This document shows positions 52,274-63,237 of a DNA stretch of 64,000 nt, piece after piece. Within the stretch, counting starts at the first letter, position 1; each line of letters opens with the position of its first letter. Under the pieces are notes generated by a model. That model searched no databases. It had not been told where the DNA came from and saw only the letters and a list, made by a program, of their open reading frames with translations. The DNA is from an uncultured Gemmatimonadales bacterium (GTDB taxonomy: Bacteria; Gemmatimonadota; Gemmatimonadetes; Longimicrobiales; Gaopeijiaceae). The DNA lies in the NCBI GenBank assembly GCA_963809895.1, contig CAWELD010000003.1, forward strand, positions 2,784,001 through 2,848,000, in the 5' to 3' direction. A program made the translations under genes and the position numbers.

Positions 52274-53404
52274 TCAGTCGCCGAGGAGAGCCACGGCCTT
52301 CACACGCGCCTGGACCTTCTGGCCCTTGTGCAGCCCGAGGCGGGCGACCGAACGACGGGTGATTCGCGCCAGAACGTCGGGGCCGTCACCGGATCCCAGT
52401 CGCACCAGCACCTCACCCTGCGCGAAGGCTTCGAGGTCACGGACCTGCACGCGGAACTGGTTCAGCAGTGTCGATGCCAGTTCGGGCTCCAGCGCCAGGC
52501 TCACGTCCCGGGCCAGGATGCGCATCCGCACCCTGGTGCCGGGGAGCTGGTCGAGACGACGGACCCACAGCGTCCCCCACGGTCCGGCGAGCTCGGTGAG
52601 ATGGTCGGTATCGTCGTGCCCCCGCACTTCGGCCTCCACCACCACGCCCGCGTCCTCGCCGCGCCAGCGGGAGAAATCGTGGCGGGCCAGCACCTCGCCC
52701 AGCGCTCCCTGGGCCAGCACGCGTCCCTGGTCCAGCCAGATGACTCGCGTGGCCAGACGAACCACCTCGTCCAGCACGTGGGTCACGAAGACGATGGGTA
52801 CCGTGTACCGCTGAGGCAGGCGCTCGAGATAGGGCATGATCTCACGCCGGGCCACCTCGTCCAGCGCCGACAACGGCTCGTCCAGCAGCAGCACCCGCGG
52901 GCGACGCACCAGGGCACGGGCGAGCGCGACGCGCTGCCGCTCACCGCCGGACAGGCTCGCCGGGCGCCGCCCCAGAAGCGGTTCGAGGCCGAGCCAGGCG
53001 ATGACGTCGTCCCAACCGGGCCCGGCACCCGACGACCGGCGTCGTCCGAACTCGAGGTTGCCCTTCACCGTCCGGTGCGGGAGCAGGTTGGCCTCCTGAA
53101 AGACGTACCCCACGGCCCTCCGATGCGCGGGAAGGTCCACGCCACCCTCGGTGTCCAGCCAGACCTCGCTGCCCACGTTGAGCTTGCCCTCGACCCGCGG
53201 CTCGAGACCGGCCAGCGCACGCAGCAGGGTCGTCTTGCCCGAGCCCGAGCGCCCGAACAGCGCCGTGATGCCGGCGGGCACCTGCAGCTCGGCCCCCACC
53301 GAGAAGCCCCCGCGGTGGGCGCGCAGTCGACCCACCAGGACCCTCCCCTCGGGGGGCTCGTTGCGCACGGCCTCCGGCGCCCGTTCCCCGAGCCAGCCGA
53401 TCAC
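52274..53404 (-). CDS. modC: Molybdate ABC transporter ATP-binding subunit
   Basis: GRSGSGKT; GYVFQEANL; LSGGERQR; C-terminal TOBE domain. Confidence 0.93.
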   Translation of the reverse strand: MIGWLGERAPEAVRNEPPEGRVLVGRLRAHRGGFSVGAELQVPAGITALFGRSGSGKTTLLRALAGLEPRVEGKLNVGSEVWLDTEGGVDLPAHRRAVGYVFQEANLLPHRTVKGNLEFGRRRSSGAGPGWDDVIAWLGLEPLLGRRPASLSGGERQRVALARALVRRPRVLLLDEPLSALDEVARREIMPYLERLPQRYTVPIVFVTHVLDEVVRLATRVIWLDQGRVLAQGALGEVLARHDFSRWRGEDAGVVVEAEVRGHDDTDHLTELAGPWGTLWVRRLDQLPGTRVRMRILARDVSLALEPELASTLLNQFRVQVRDLEAFAQGEVLVRLGSGDGPDVLARITRRSVARLGLHKGQKVQARVKAVALLGD

Positions 53405-54078
53405 AGCCGAGGCGTCTCGAAGCGGCGACCCAGGGAGTACACCGTCAGAAGGACCGCGAACGAGAACAGGAGCATGCCGGCCGAGAGCAGGTGCGCGGAC
53501 CCGTATTCCAGCGCCTCCACGTGGTTGTAGATGGCGGTGGACACCACCTGGGTGCGGCCAGGGATGTTGCCCCCGATCATCAGCACCACGCCGAACTCCC
53601 CCACGGTGTGGGCAAAGGCCAGGGTGGCCGCTGTGAGAAAGCCGGGGCTGGCCAGCGGAAGCACCACCGTGATGAAGCGGTCCAGCGGGGACGCGCCCAG
53701 GGTGGCCGCGGCCTCGATGGGACCGTCGCCGATGGCCCCGAAGGCGTTCTGCAGCGGCTGCACGACGAAGGGCAGCGAATAGAGGACCGATCCCACCAGC
53801 AGTCCCTGGAACGAGAAGACGAGGCGATCGCCTCCCATCCCCTCCCACAGGGCGCCCACCGGCCCGCTGGGCCCGAGGATCACCAGCAGATAGAACCCGA
53901 GCACCGTCGGTGGAAGTACCAGCGGCAGCGCGGTGACGGCCTCCACGGCGGGCCGAAAGCTCGACCGGGTCCGGGCGAGCCACCACGCCAGGGGCGCGCC
54001 CAGGAGGAGGAGCAGCACCGTGGACGCCGTCGCCAGCTCCAGGGTGACGCGGACGGCCATCCAGTCGCCTCGGGTCAT
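53401..54078 (-). CDS. modB: Molybdate ABC transporter permease
   Basis: LPLVLPPTVLGFYLL; EAAATLGA; FAHTVGEFG; GNIPGRT. Confidence 0.96.
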   Translation of the reverse strand: MTRGDWMAVRVTLELATASTVLLLLLGAPLAWWLARTRSSFRPAVEAVTALPLVLPPTVLGFYLLVILGPSGPVGALWEGMGGDRLVFSFQGLLVGSVLYSLPFVVQPLQNAFGAIGDGPIEAAATLGASPLDRFITVVLPLASPGFLTAATLAFAHTVGEFGVVLMIGGNIPGRTQVVSTAIYNHVEALEYGSAHLLSAGMLLFSFAVLLTVYSLGRRFETPRL

Positions 54079-54890
54079 GGAGTGGACACCGCCCGGTCGG
54101 GCACGGGAGCCCGGTAGCCGAAGCGCCGCAGGATGGTGGCGGCCTCCGGTCCACGGAGATAATCCAGAAAGGCCCGGGCCTGCGGCGAGTCGGCCCCCGC
54201 TCGCAGCAGGACCGCGTCCTGCCGCAGGGGCGGGTGCAGGCTGTCCGGGATCACCCGGTACGTTCCGGGCGCACGCTCCATGACCTGCGAGAGTGCCACG
54301 AAACCGACCTCGGCGGCTCCCGAGTCCACGAAGCGGAATGTCTGACCGACGTTCTCCCCCACCACGAGCCGATCTCCCACCGCGTCCAGGAGGCCCAGCC
54401 GAGCCAGCGTGGCTCGCGCTGCCGTACCATAGGGCGCCGTCTTGGGGTCCGCCACGGCGATCCGGGTCCCAGCCCGCCGCAGCAGGGACCAGGGTGGATC
54501 GGGAAGGGGTGCGTTGCCCGGCGCGTACAGGGCCATTCGTCCGGCAGCGTAGGTGAACCGCGAGCCCTCCACCGCACGGCCCCCTTCCTCCAACAGCCGG
54601 GGTCGCTCCTGGTCGGCGGACAGAAACACCTGAAACGGGGCTCCACCGAGGATCTGGGCGTAGAGCTGTCCGGTGGAGCCCACGCTGGTGCGCACCGGAA
54701 TTCCGGTGGTCTCGGTGAAGCGACGCGTGAGCGCTTCCTGGGCGGTGGCCACGTTCGCGGCAACGGCGACCGTGACCTCGGTCGCAGTGCGTTCCTCGCC
54801 CTGATCCCACGCGCACGCCTGCACGGGAGCAGTCGTCAGGATCAGGATGAAGCCGACGCCGATTCGCGCACGGAAGGGCAAGACGAGCAC
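54075..54890 (-). CDS. modA: Molybdate ABC transporter substrate-binding protein
   Basis: VAVAAN; GSTGQLYAQI; FLSAD; PKTAPYG; GENVGQ; start uncertain. Confidence 0.93.
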   Translation of the reverse strand: MLVLPFRARIGVGFILILTTAPVQACAWDQGEERTATEVTVAVAANVATAQEALTRRFTETTGIPVRTSVGSTGQLYAQILGGAPFQVFLSADQERPRLLEEGGRAVEGSRFTYAAGRMALYAPGNAPLPDPPWSLLRRAGTRIAVADPKTAPYGTAARATLARLGLLDAVGDRLVVGENVGQTFRFVDSGAAEVGFVALSQVMERAPGTYRVIPDSLHPPLRQDAVLLRAGADSPQARAFLDYLRGPEAATILRRFGYRAPVPDRAVSTP

Positions 54891-54998
54891 CTGGAAGTGG
54901 GGGGCCGGGTCACCGAGAAGGTTCGGCGCCCCGGCCGGAGGAAGCAAGCCGCGAACGAGGATGCCAGGCGCATCCCGCGTCCGCGCGGTGGCGCACGA

Positions 54999-55466
54999 TC
55001 AGCGCCGTCGACCCGTCGAATCGGATTGCGCTGACTGCGGCCGGCCGAGGACGCCCCGGTCCTCCTGCAGGAGCTCGTCGAATCGCACCTGCTGCTCGGC
55101 ATCCAGCAACACCCGGATGCGTGCGTTGGTCGAGTCGACCATGGCCTTGAGCCGGGGGCCCATCTCCCGGAACACCGCGTTGGCGGCGCTCCGCTGACGG
55201 TCCAGGATCGCCTCGACGGAGTCCTGCTGCGGGGGCGTCAGCGCGAGGCGCTCCGTGAGCCGGTCCATGACCCGGGAGCTCGCGAACGACCGCGGGTCAC
55301 CGGGCCGGCGATTGCGGTCGTCATGCTCCCGAGCTCGTTCCCGGCGCGCTTCCCACGCGGCGCGCTCGGCCCGCGCCTCCACCAGGTGGACGGCCACGCC
55401 GCCGGTCACGCCACCCACGAGAAAGAGGGTCAGCATCACGCCCGCCGCCGCCAGACGGCTGTCCAT
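54999..55466 (-). CDS. Periplasmic Spy/CpxP-like (LTxxQ) protein
   Basis: N-terminal TM; LALTPPQQ and LDAEQQ motifs. Confidence 0.75.
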   Translation of the reverse strand: MDSRLAAAGVMLTLFLVGGVTGGVAVHLVEARAERAAWEARRERAREHDDRNRRPGDPRSFASSRVMDRLTERLALTPPQQDSVEAILDRQRSAANAVFREMGPRLKAMVDSTNARIRVLLDAEQQVRFDELLQEDRGVLGRPQSAQSDSTGRRR

Positions 55467-55468
55467 CT

Positions 55469-55837
55469 TCACCGGACCGCCTCCTCCATGGCCACCACGA
55501 CTTCGGTCACGGTGGGTTGGTATCCCGCCACGAGCCAGGCCGCCACTTCCTCGGGTACCAGCGCGCTGGCCAGGGGCGCTTCCGACGCCACCGCCTCGCC
55601 GCCACCACCGATACTCAGGAGCGCAAGCGACGCCGACAGGAGAATCGCGACCGTGGCGGCCGCCGACAGCGCGGGCCGGGACCATGCCAACAGGTTGCCG
55701 AGGAGCGTGCGCTCCCGGGCGCGCCGCTCCAACTCGTCGCCGGCGCTCGCCACGATGGACGCCACCGTCGTCTCCCACCGTCCGGGAGCAGTCAGTGGGT
55801 CCAGGGGACCCCGTCGGTCTTCGCGTGTGTCCATCAT
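55469..55837 (-). CDS. Putative anti-sigma factor
   Basis: Single TM; overlaps the ECF stop; 122 aa. Confidence 0.7.
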   Translation of the reverse strand: MMDTREDRRGPLDPLTAPGRWETTVASIVASAGDELERRARERTLLGNLLAWSRPALSAAATVAILLSASLALLSIGGGGEAVASEAPLASALVPEEVAAWLVAGYQPTVTEVVVAMEEAVR

Positions 55838-56409
55838 CGCCTCCATGCCATCGGGAACTCCGAGAGTCGCTCCCGGAGCGCCCGCCGGGCCACGTGCAGA
55901 TTGAAGCGGGACGAGCTCCTGGAGATGCCCAGGCTCTCCGCGACCTCCGCGTGATCGAGACCCTCCATGTCGTACAGCACGAACACGTTCCTCTGCAGTT
56001 CGGTCAGGCCCTGCAGCGCCTGCTCCAGCGTTTCCGCGAACTCCGCGTCTTCGACCCGCCGGCTCGGGTCCTCGCCGCCGGCGAGGGCGGGCAGATCGTC
56101 CAGCTGTGCCGTGGCTCGCACCGCCTCGCGAGCCCTGTAGTTGTGCGCCCGGTTCCGGACGATGGTGAGAAGCCATGCCCGGAAGCGTTCCGGCTGGCGG
56201 CACTCGTCGAGGCGCTGGAGCGCCACCAGGAAGGCGTCCTGGGATACGTCGTCGGCAGCGTCATCGTCCCGGAGTTGGCGCCACGCCACCGCGTGGGCCA
56301 CCCGGAGGTGCCGCCGAACCAGCCGTTCGAAGGCATCCCTGTCACCAGCACGGGCGCGTACGACGAGGTCCGCGTCCGTCTCGGATTCGTAGCGTTCTTC
56401 CTCCACCAC
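55834..56409 (-). CDS. ECF RNA polymerase sigma factor (RpoE-like)
   Basis: GDRDAFERLV; DDVSQDAF; FRAWL; EVAESLGIS..S. Confidence 0.94.
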   Translation of the reverse strand: MVEEERYESETDADLVVRARAGDRDAFERLVRRHLRVAHAVAWRQLRDDDAADDVSQDAFLVALQRLDECRQPERFRAWLLTIVRNRAHNYRAREAVRATAQLDDLPALAGGEDPSRRVEDAEFAETLEQALQGLTELQRNVFVLYDMEGLDHAEVAESLGISRSSSRFNLHVARRALRERLSEFPMAWRR

Positions 56410-56449
56410 CGACCCGGTGTGAAAGCTGCGTCAGACCCCGGAAACGTCT

Positions 56450-57667
<1,218 letters not shown>

Positions 57668-57688
57668 CGTAGATCTCTCCTCGCCAGA

Positions 57689-59128
57689 TCAGCGCATGCG
57701 GCCGCCGCCGGGGCCACCGCCACCGAACGGGCTGCCCCCGGAGCGCTCACGCATCCGGTTCAGGAATTCCTGCTGCTGGGCCTGGAGCTGTGCCGCTCCG
57801 ATGACCGCCAGCCGCTCGTCACCGTTCAGCCCTGCCACCACCTGCGTGTTGTCCCAATCGTTGAGCGCGATCGTGATCCTACGCGGCTCCGGCAGACCCT
57901 GGGCGTTCACCACGAACACCACCGCCGCGCGGGGGGCCATGGGATCGGACGCCGCCGCGCCGCGGGCGGATCCACCCTGGCCGCGCTGTCCGCCCTGTCC
58001 GCGGAAGCGGCTCATCATGGCCCGCAGCGAGTCCTGCGAGATCTCACCGCTCTGGACCTTGGCTCTCAGCGCCTGGAAGTCGGGACGCGCCTGCGCCTCC
58101 GGCTGGGCCGCGCTGTCGCCGGCCGCCGTCGATGTAGGCGTCGCCGGCTGTCGCAGCGCCGTCATGTCGATGTTGTCGGGATCGAGGCCCAGGGCCAGGG
58201 CGGCCGGGCCCACGTCCTGCATGTTCACGATGGCGTTGTTGGGCACGAGCATCACACCGGTGGCCTGGTTGATGAGAACCTCCACCTCGGCGTTCATGCC
58301 CGGCTTCAGCAGCCCGTTGCGGTTGTCCAGCGACACGATGACCGGGAACATGGTCACGTTCTGCTGCACCACGGCCTGGGGCTCGATCTTCTCCACCGCA
58401 CCCTGGAAGGTCCGGTCCGGGTAGGCCTCCACCGTCACCGTCGCCGGCATCCCCGCCCGCAGCTCACCCATGTCCGTCTCGTCCACCAGCGTGCGCACCT
58501 GCATCGCTTCCAGCGTGGCCATCACGAACAGCACCGAGCCACCGCTCACGTTCTGCGACGCCGACTGGATGACCGTCCCCTCCTCCACGTTCCGCTCCAG
58601 GATCGTCCCCGCCAGCGGGGCCCGGATCGTCACGTCGTTCATGCGCAGCTGCGCCAGATCGAAGTTCGTCTGCGCCTTCACCAGCGACGCCTGCGAGTTG
58701 GCTTCGTCCAGCGTCGCCGACTCCAGCTCCTGCTGCGTGATCACGCCCGCCGCCAGCAGCTCCTTCTGACGCTCCAGCTGCTGCTTCGAGATCGCCGCCC
58801 GCGACTTCGCCACCTCCAGGTCGGCCTTGGCCTGGTCGAAGGCGTTCTGCACGTCGCGCGGATCCACCTCCGCCAGCAGCGTGCCCGGCTGGACTTCATC
58901 GCCCACGTCCACGTGCAGCTTCAGGATCTCGCCCGACGCCTTCGACTTCACTTCCACCCGCCGGATCGGCTCCACCGTCCCCGTCGCCTCCGCCGTGATC
59001 CGCAGGTCGCCCTGCGTGGGCTGGGTCGTCTCGAAGCGGATGGCAGGCTCGGCCTCGCCGGTGGTGCAGGCGGCGGCAAAAATGCTCAGGGCCGCGGCGA
59101 TCCGGGCCCAGCGCTTGTAGATGATCAT
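57689..59128 (-). CDS. MacA-like periplasmic adaptor (membrane fusion) lipoprotein
   Basis: Lipobox AAAC; VKSKASG; IRAPLAG; LKPGM. Confidence 0.93.
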   Translation of the reverse strand: MIIYKRWARIAAALSIFAAACTTGEAEPAIRFETTQPTQGDLRITAEATGTVEPIRRVEVKSKASGEILKLHVDVGDEVQPGTLLAEVDPRDVQNAFDQAKADLEVAKSRAAISKQQLERQKELLAAGVITQQELESATLDEANSQASLVKAQTNFDLAQLRMNDVTIRAPLAGTILERNVEEGTVIQSASQNVSGGSVLFVMATLEAMQVRTLVDETDMGELRAGMPATVTVEAYPDRTFQGAVEKIEPQAVVQQNVTMFPVIVSLDNRNGLLKPGMNAEVEVLINQATGVMLVPNNAIVNMQDVGPAALALGLDPDNIDMTALRQPATPTSTAAGDSAAQPEAQARPDFQALRAKVQSGEISQDSLRAMMSRFRGQGGQRGQGGSARGAAASDPMAPRAAVVFVVNAQGLPEPRRITIALNDWDNTQVVAGLNGDERLAVIGAAQLQAQQQEFLNRMRERSGGSPFGGGGPGGGRMR

Positions 59129-59856
59129 CGGATCGCTCCCGCGGTCTCCGTGGTGAAATCACTCTCGATGACGCCGTCGCGCAGGTGGACCTGCCGCTTG
59201 GCGTATTCGGCGATGTCGTGCTCGTGCGTCACCAGCACGATGGTCTGTCCTTCGTCGTTCAGGTCCCTCAACACCCCCATGATCTCGGCGGAGGTCGCCG
59301 AATCCAGATTGCCCGTCGGCTCGTCGGCCAGCAGCAGCGCCGGCTCGTTCACCAGCGCCCGCGCCACCGCCACCCGCTGCCGCTGGCCGCCGCTGATCTC
59401 CGGTGGCTTGTGCTCCATCCGGTCACCGAGGCCCACCAGCTCCAGCTTCTCCGCCGCCCGCCGCCGACGCTCCTTCGCGTTCATTCCCGCGTAGATCAGC
59501 GGAAGCTCCACGTTGTGCAGGCACGTCGCCCGCGGCAGAAGGTTGAAGGTCTGGAAGACGAACCCGATCAGCTGGTTCCGCACCCGCGCCAGGTCGTCGT
59601 CCCTCAGCTCACTCACCAACTGCCCGTTCAGCCAGTACTTCCCCGCCGTGGGCGTATCCAGGCACCCCAGGATGTTCATGAACGTGCTCTTGCCCGATCC
59701 CGACGGACCCATCACCGCCACGAACTCGCCCCGCCCGATCAGCAGATCCACCCCCCGCACCGCGTGCACCGTCTCCGCACCCAGCACGTAGTCCTTCACG
59801 ATCCCTTCCGTTCGAATGACCGGAACCTCGGCCACGACCTTTTCAACCTCGCTCAC
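59125..59856 (-). CDS. MacB-type ABC ATP-binding protein
   Basis: [29 protein letters not shown]. Confidence 0.95.
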   Translation of the reverse strand: MSEVEKVVAEVPVIRTEGIVKDYVLGAETVHAVRGVDLLIGRGEFVAVMGPSGSGKSTFMNILGCLDTPTAGKYWLNGQLVSELRDDDLARVRNQLIGFVFQTFNLLPRATCLHNVELPLIYAGMNAKERRRRAAEKLELVGLGDRMEHKPPEISGGQRQRVAVARALVNEPALLLADEPTGNLDSATSAEIMGVLRDLNDEGQTIVLVTHEHDIAEYAKRQVHLRDGVIESDFTTETAGAIR

Positions 59857-59932
59857 AACTCCCCCTGGATGAGGGCATGGGACTCATGACCGGTCACGCC
59901 GGGCACGGTTCTCGAGCATCGTCTATCAGGGT

Positions 59933-59958
59933 GACAGGCGGCCCCGCCGAATCATTAG
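59933..59958 (-). promoter_or_regulatory. Candidate ECF promoter CTAA-N17-CTGTC
   Basis: CTAA tgattcggcggggccgc CTGTC upstream of the operon that ends with ECF/anti-sigma. Confidence 0.6.
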
Positions 59959-59982
59959 GTGGGCCCTCGACGCTCCAGCCCG

Positions 59983-60408
59983 TCAGCGCCCTCCGCCACC
60001 GCGCCGGCGCTGGGGCATCCGATCCAGGATGCGCTTCGCCACCGTCTGCTGCTCGGGCTGGAGAAGCGCCATGACCTTGTCGAGATAGGCGTCGTTGTTG
60101 GTCCGGATCTTCTCCATGACGGGACGCATCTGCTGGAATCCCCCCCCACCCCCACCGGACGCGCGCAGATCCTCGAGCTCCTTCACGTGCGGTGCGTTGG
60201 CGGCATCCAGGGAGTCCTTGAGCGCCATGGCCTTCGTCGTCTGATCGGCCGTCAGGTTCAGGCTGTCGGCCTGATCGAGGAGAAAGGCCACGGGTGACAT
60301 GGCCATGGGGCCCTGCCCACGCATACCGCCGCGCTGCTGGGCCGTGAGGGGAGCGGCGGATACCAGCGCCAGCATCATGGCGCCGCCGAAGAAGGCACGA
60401 GCTTTCAT
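59983..60408 (-). CDS. Periplasmic Spy/CpxP-like protein
   Basis: Signal peptide; LNLTADQ and LQPEQQ motifs; Gly/Met/Arg-rich ends. Confidence 0.8.
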   Translation of the reverse strand: MKARAFFGGAMMLALVSAAPLTAQQRGGMRGQGPMAMSPVAFLLDQADSLNLTADQTTKAMALKDSLDAANAPHVKELEDLRASGGGGGGFQQMRPVMEKIRTNNDAYLDKVMALLQPEQQTVAKRILDRMPQRRRGGGGR

Positions 60409-60469
60409 GGGACTCACTCCGACGAAAAAGGTCATGCACGTCATCGTGGCGATGTCGCGCGTCGGAGTA

Positions 60470-60495
60470 GACAGGTCGCAGGGGCCCGATGTTAG
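60470..60495 (-). promoter_or_regulatory. Candidate ECF promoter CTAA-N17-CTGTC
   Basis: CTAA catcgggcccctgcgac CTGTC upstream of the Spy-like gene. Confidence 0.6.
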
Positions 60496-60530
60496 CTGGC
60501 AGCCCGTGGTGCCATTCCGGCTGCCGGACC

Positions 60531-62117
60531 CTACTCGACCACGACCTCCACCTCCACGTCGGCCCTGGAGCTCTTCATGAAGAGGACCAGAGGCATGGAG
60601 AGGAGGAAGAGGAAGGTGATCAGCCCGAACACGTGATCGTAGGCCAGAACCGCCGCCTGTCTGAGAACCGAGAGGTCCAGGATCCGCAGGGCCAACAGGT
60701 GGGCCGTACCGGGGTCGGCGCCCCTCTCCACCATCCCGCGGGTGACAGCCCCGACGAAGTGGCGCGTGGGGGCGTCGAACATGGTGTGTTGCTGCCCCAG
60801 TATGGTGTGGTTGCGAGCGATGGCGCGCGTCAGGGCGGTGGCCGACAGCGCGATCCCCACGCTGCCGAAGACCTGCCGCACCACGTTGTAGAGCCCCGTG
60901 GCCTGGGTCATCTGCGGACGCGGGATCGTAGCCAGCGCCGCCGTGGACAGGGCCACGAAGATCAGCGCGAAGCCCACGCCCTGCCACATCTGAGGAAAGA
61001 AGATGTCCCAGAACCCGACCTGTGGCGTGAGCTGGGCCAACGCCCAGAAGGAATACGCCGACACCGCCAGGCCCGAGCCCACCAGCAGCTTGGGCCCGAC
61101 CCGGTTGTAGATCCGGCCCCCGATGGGCATGACGACCGCCATGGCGAGGCTGCGGGGGATCAGCGCCTCTCCGGAGAGCATCGCCGAGTAGCCGAGCTGA
61201 TTCTGCAGGAACAGCGGAAGCAGGAAGAGGCTCCCGTAGAGCCCCATCCCCAGGATTCCACCGATGGCGGTGGCGGAGGTGAACGACTGGTCCTTGAGGA
61301 TGCGCAGGTTCACGGCAGGGCGCTCGGAGGTGATCTCCTGCACGATGAACGCCAGCAGGCCGGCTGCCGCCACGACCGCCAGCATGGTGACGAAGCCCGA
61401 CGAGAACCAATCGTTGCGCTCCCCCTGCTCCAGCATGAGCTGCAGCGCGCCCAGGCCCACGGCGAGGAGCGCCAACCCCGGCCAGTCGATGCGCCCCTTG
61501 TGGCGCTCCAGGTACGACGGATCCTCGATGTAGCGGGTCACCAGAAGCACGCTGATGATGCCCACTGGGAGGTTGACGTAGAAGACCCAGGGCCAGGAGT
61601 AGTTGTCGGTGAGCCATCCCCCCAGCGTCGGACCGATGGCGGGCGCCACCACCACTCCCATCCCGTAGAGGCCCATGGCCATGGCCTGTTCCTCCGGTGG
61701 GAACGACTCCCGGAGAATGGCCTGGGACACGGTCATGACCACGCCGGCGCCGAACCCCTGCAGGACGCGGAAGAGGACGATCAGGGGCAGCGTGCGCGAC
61801 AGCCCGCACGCCATGGACGTGAGGGTGAAGAGGACCAGGCTGAACAGGTAGAAGTTCTTGCGGCCGAAGCGCGCCGACAGCAGCGCCGTGATGGGCATCA
61901 CGATCACCTGGGCCAGGATGTAGCCGGTCACGACCCAGGTGATCGACTCCACGTTCACGCCCAGGTTCCCGGTCATGGACGGCAGAGCGACGTTGACGAT
62001 GCTGGTGTCCAGCACCGCCATGATGGTCCCGGTGAGCACGGTTCCCGCGATCACCCATTTGTGGGCGCGCATCTCGGAGACGTCAGGGTCCTCCACCGTC
62101 GGTCCAGACGAGCTCAA
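60531..62117 (-). CDS. emrB: DHA2 MFS efflux permease, EmrB-like
   Basis: LDTSIVNVAL; ARFGRK; GPTLGGWLTDNYSWPWVFYVNLP; about 14 TMs. Confidence 0.93.
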   Translation of the reverse strand: MSSSGPTVEDPDVSEMRAHKWVIAGTVLTGTIMAVLDTSIVNVALPSMTGNLGVNVESITWVVTGYILAQVIVMPITALLSARFGRKNFYLFSLVLFTLTSMACGLSRTLPLIVLFRVLQGFGAGVVMTVSQAILRESFPPEEQAMAMGLYGMGVVVAPAIGPTLGGWLTDNYSWPWVFYVNLPVGIISVLLVTRYIEDPSYLERHKGRIDWPGLALLAVGLGALQLMLEQGERNDWFSSGFVTMLAVVAAAGLLAFIVQEITSERPAVNLRILKDQSFTSATAIGGILGMGLYGSLFLLPLFLQNQLGYSAMLSGEALIPRSLAMAVVMPIGGRIYNRVGPKLLVGSGLAVSAYSFWALAQLTPQVGFWDIFFPQMWQGVGFALIFVALSTAALATIPRPQMTQATGLYNVVRQVFGSVGIALSATALTRAIARNHTILGQQHTMFDAPTRHFVGAVTRGMVERGADPGTAHLLALRILDLSVLRQAAVLAYDHVFGLITFLFLLSMPLVLFMKSSRADVEVEVVVE

Positions 62118-62124
62118 GCCGGCC

Positions 62125-63198
62125 TCACTTCGTGGCGACGTGGGCGTAGACGGACATGCCGGGCCGCAGAGGGCGATCCTCGCCGCAGCCGCGCGTCACC
62201 TCGATGCGCACGGGCACGCGCTGAACGATCTTCGTGAAGTTCCCCGTCGCGTTGTCGGCGGGAATGAGCGCGAACTGTGAGCCGGTGGCGCCGCCGATGC
62301 TCTCCACGGTGCCCTCGGCCTCACACCCGTCGTAGGCGTCCACCTCGAGGGTGACGAGCGCGCCGGTCCGGATGGCCGCGAGCTGCGTCTCCTTGAAGTT
62401 CGCCGTCACGTGAACGCCCTCGTCGGCGACCACGGTGAGGAGGGGTTGGCCGGGCTGGAGAAGCTGGCCAGGCTCCACGGAGCGTTTCGAGACCGTGCCC
62501 GAAGCGGGGGCCACGATCCGGGTCCAGGACAGGCGCAGCGTCGCCTGCTCCACGCGGGACCGGGCCGCGGCGAGTCTGGCACGCGCCTCGTCCAGACCTG
62601 CCCGCGCCGTACGGATGGCCGCCTGGGCGGCGGTCTGTTGCTCTTCCAGGGCGCGCACGCGAGCCGCCGCCGCTTCATCGGCGGCCTGAGCCGCATCGCG
62701 TTGCTGCTGGGAGATGATCTCCTTGCCGGCGAGGGTCTCGGCCCTCTCGAGATCGCGATGGGCCTTCGTGGCGTCGGCCCCGGCGGCGGCCAGCTGCGCC
62801 TTCAACGCCGCGGCTTCGCCCCGGGCCTGCTCGACCCGGGCCTGAGCCTGCCCCGGCATCTGGTCCGTGCCCGCCGTCGCCTCGGCCGCAGCCAGCTCCG
62901 CCTGCGCCTGGGCCAGTTGCTGGGACAGCTCGTCCGGCTCGAGAGACACCAGCAGGTCCCCGCGCTCCACGTGCTGGTTTTCCGTGACCGCCACGTCGAG
63001 GACCGTGCCCCCGACCCGGGCCAGCACCGGCACCATGTGACCGCCCACGAACGCATCGTCGGTGGATTCGTGCGTCTCGTGGTAGCGCCACTTCGTGAAG
63101 CCCCAACCCGCGAGTGCCACGAAGGCCAACCCGGCCACCGTCAGGATGGCCACCTTGCGGGGGGATCGCGTGGAGGGCGTCGTATCGTCCTTGCTCAT
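62125..63198 (-). CDS. emrA: HlyD-family adaptor, EmrA-like
   Basis: ESTDDA; ANFKETQL; NATGNFTKIVQRVPVRI. Confidence 0.94.
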   Translation of the reverse strand: MSKDDTTPSTRSPRKVAILTVAGLAFVALAGWGFTKWRYHETHESTDDAFVGGHMVPVLARVGGTVLDVAVTENQHVERGDLLVSLEPDELSQQLAQAQAELAAAEATAGTDQMPGQAQARVEQARGEAAALKAQLAAAGADATKAHRDLERAETLAGKEIISQQQRDAAQAADEAAAARVRALEEQQTAAQAAIRTARAGLDEARARLAAARSRVEQATLRLSWTRIVAPASGTVSKRSVEPGQLLQPGQPLLTVVADEGVHVTANFKETQLAAIRTGALVTLEVDAYDGCEAEGTVESIGGATGSQFALIPADNATGNFTKIVQRVPVRIEVTRGCGEDRPLRPGMSVYAHVATK

Positions 63199-63237
63199 TC
63201 CAGGTTCTCCGTAGGTTCCTGCGTCTCGCCGTTCGGC

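Noticed and set aside
59876..60416. Identical 11-mer CATGGGACTCA at 59876 and 60406
   Set aside because: One copy contains a real start codon, the other an out-of-frame ATG; two copies could be chance and no function can be supported.
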